From positions 111,104,001 to 111,168,000 of the forward strand of contig NC_043002.1 in the NCBI RefSeq assembly GCF_006345805.1: DNA of 64,000 bases. Direction: 5' to 3'. This document shows positions 61,976-64,000 of the stretch, in pieces. A program made the translations under genes and the position numbers. This stretch comes from Octopus sinensis (taxonomy: Eukaryota). Below the pieces are notes generated by a model. The model worked only from the letters and a program-made list of their open reading frames with translations. It made no database searches and was not told the DNA's origin. Numbering within the stretch: position 1 is the first letter of the stretch; each line of letters begins with the position of its first letter.

Positions 61976-62339
61976 GTGTGGTAACTGTTGAGTTTCCTTT
62001 AGTTGTTTGCCCAGATTAGTGTCATCCCATATCAAACCTACTTATAATGAAAGGTGTTCCGGCTGGAATTATCCTCTCCCTCTCGCAAGTATAGAGCAAA
62101 ATGCATCAAGAATCACATTATCCTGTGTGTTCTTTTCCAGATGGTAGATTGTAATTTTAGAGCTGTAGCTGCTATTTATGTCAAAGGACCACATAGAGGC
62201 CTTCTTATTGGCTTATGTCATCGAGGAAAAGAGCCGAATGCAGAGAGAGAGTGTGTGTGTGTATGTGTGTAGGGATTACACTTACACCTGTTTGTACATG
62301 TATATGTATGTATGTTAATACCTGGCACTTCATTGGTTC

Positions 62340-62423
62340 CAGCAATGAGGGTTTAGATTGAGCTGATCAGCGGAACGACAATGAGGGTTCCGGTTGATCC
62401 GAATCAACGGAACAGCCTGCTCG
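62340..62423 (-). mobile_element. Family I 3' tail fragment(s) abutting a family A SINE
   Basis: gagggttccggttgatccgaatcaacggaacagcctgctcg is the reverse complement of the family I tail; a diverged repeat of it precedes. Confidence 0.75.
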
Positions 62424-62767
62424 TTTCAGTCATTTGACTGTGGCCATGCTGGAGCACCACCTTTAATCGAGCAACTCGACCCCGGGACTTATTTTTTGTG
62501 AGCCCAGTACTTATTCTATTGGCCTCTTTTGCCGAACCGCTAAGTTACGGGGACGTAAACACACCAGCATCGGTTGTTATTAAGCAATGTTAGGGGGACA
62601 AACACAGACAGGCTTCTTTCAGTTTCCGTCTACCAAATCCACTCACAAGGCATAGGTCAGCCCGGGGCTATAGCAGAAGACACTTGCCCAAGATGCCACG
62701 CAGTGGGATTGAACCCGGAACCATGTGGTTGGTTAGCAAGCTACTTACCACACAGCCACTCCTGCAC
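62424..62767 (-). mobile_element. SINE family A lacking the internal microsatellite
   Basis: ggggacaaacacagac joins directly to aggcttctttcag (gac microhomology). Confidence 0.9.
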
Positions 62768-63242
62768 CTTTTTTTTTTTTTTTTAAGATATTATGGTATT
62801 ATTTGAAGTGGGTTTTGTCTGCTGTTTCTTGCTAGTTTAAGTCACCACATGGATGCTTTCTAGTCAAAAAAAAGCATTCCACTGAGTTCTCTGTGGACAC
62901 TTTTTATTGCTTTCATAAATGATTTTTCACAATGTAATTTTACCTACATTTGGTACAGATATTGTGTGTGTGTGTAATGAATACAGCCTAAGTCCAGTGA
63001 CTATCCATTAAGTTGACCAGAACATCAAGATAAGATTAATAACAGTTTACTTTGAAAGATGTGGATCATTACATCCAAAATAATTATTAATGGTTATATT
63101 GGTTACTGAATGGACAAATAATGGAAGTTGGAGATAACAGCTGGTCAATAGCAATAGTATTGTTTAATGTTACAGTGGCTTGTATACTTGGATAATTGCC
63201 AAAATGACTAAATATTCTGAAGCAGTTGTAAAATTTATTTAA

Positions 63243-63463
63243 CCCTTTAGTGTTTGCATTATTCTGCCAAAATTAATCCTTTTTTATCCACATTGCCTTG
63301 AACTAATCATGCATTATCTTGTAGCTATGAGATTTCAATGAGGTAGCTGTTAATTTTTAAAACGATATTGTAGGGTTGGTGTGAGGGACCAGATCTGGTC
63401 AGTTTGAACATAAAACAGGCAGAATACTTTGGGCCGGATATGGCCGGTTTAAATGCTAAAGGG
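63243..63463 (-). mobile_element. piggyBac-type MITE, family E (221 bp)
   Basis: TTAA|ccctttagtgtttgc...atgctaaaggg|TTAA. Confidence 0.9.
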
Positions 63464-63896
63464 TTAAATTCAATGTGTGCTTGTGCTCAAAACCATTGGC
63501 CTATGATCTATCTAGCAGAGATGATTGGATTTCTGTAGGCATGTAATATGAAAGTGTAACACAAAATGTGTGTTAACATACCAGAAGTTTATGTTAATGA
63601 GTATAATGGCTGAAATATACTGAAGAAAATTTCTCATGAACTATTAACTCATAGAACCTTGAGAAATAAATATAAAATCTATTGTGTTAGTGGCCCCCAT
63701 TGGCGATAGATCAAAGGACTCAAGGCTTTAGAAGTGAGCAGAAAATAGTGTAGACATATAGAAAGATAGTGCATCACAGTGTTGTCAAACACTGATATGA
63801 AATCAATAATGTAAATAACATTACTGGAATGTTAGGCTGCTAGACCAAGAGTACTAATCAAGTTGAAGTCGGTAGTGAGTCCATGTTTAAAGGTTT

Positions 63897-64000
63897 GGGG
63901 GTGGGTGTGCTGAAAGTGTAACTGCTAGAGTAAGAATAGCCTGGGCAAAGTTTAGAGAGCTCTTACCCCTGCTGGTGACAAAAGGCCTCTCGCTAAGAGT
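63897..64000 (+). mobile_element. RTE LINE ORF fragment running off the window
   Basis: GGGCAESVTARVRIAWAKFRELLPLLVTKGLSLR, homologous to the 5245-5350 segment. Confidence 0.85.

Noticed and set aside
62131-62160. Acceptor ttttccag| as next p190 exon (also ctgtag| at 63538)
   Set aside because: In the required phase both reach a stop within five codons and neither encodes the expected E..(F/Y)EQK...DGF continuation.

Overview
AT-rich animal genomic DNA. The repeat families look like those of a coleoid cephalopod, most likely Octopus; this is recognition from memory, not a database match. The only host coding sequence I can support is the first coding exon of a p190 RhoGAP (ARHGAP35/ARHGAP5/RhoGAPp190 family): ATG at 55826, N-terminal GTPase domain, donor GT at 56229. 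The rest is apparently intronic or upstream DNA crowded with transposon copies and relics. These include about 21 copies of a ~400-bp tRNA-derived SINE (family A), three other SINE-type families (B, H, I) and ~12 5'-truncated RTE LINE ends with a variable 3'-UTR minisatellite. There are also two RTE ORF relics, a Penelope-like RT+GIY-YIG relic, a full-length mariner relic plus a partial one, four non-autonomous Helitrons and a Helitron helicase relic, six TTAA piggyBac-type MITEs and a Gypsy-type solo LTR. Most ORFs in the supplied track are chance frames through these repeats. Best leads: (1) a U6 snRNA 3' fragment fused to a retroelement tail with poly(A) at 17.7-17.8 kb; (2) a ~300-bp fold-back carrying a minimal hammerhead-ribozyme-like motif in both arms, just upstream of the p190 exon; (3) a microhomology-joined patchwork insertion at 57.9-58.2 kb copied from a palindrome-containing donor 2.7 kb away; (4) two internally dissimilar TTAA MITE families with the same 221-bp length; (5) five upstream ATGs ahead of the p190 start codon. 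I found no evidence for a large new multi-gene system. All alignments were made by eye, and repeat boundaries are approximate unless a TSD or terminus is quoted.
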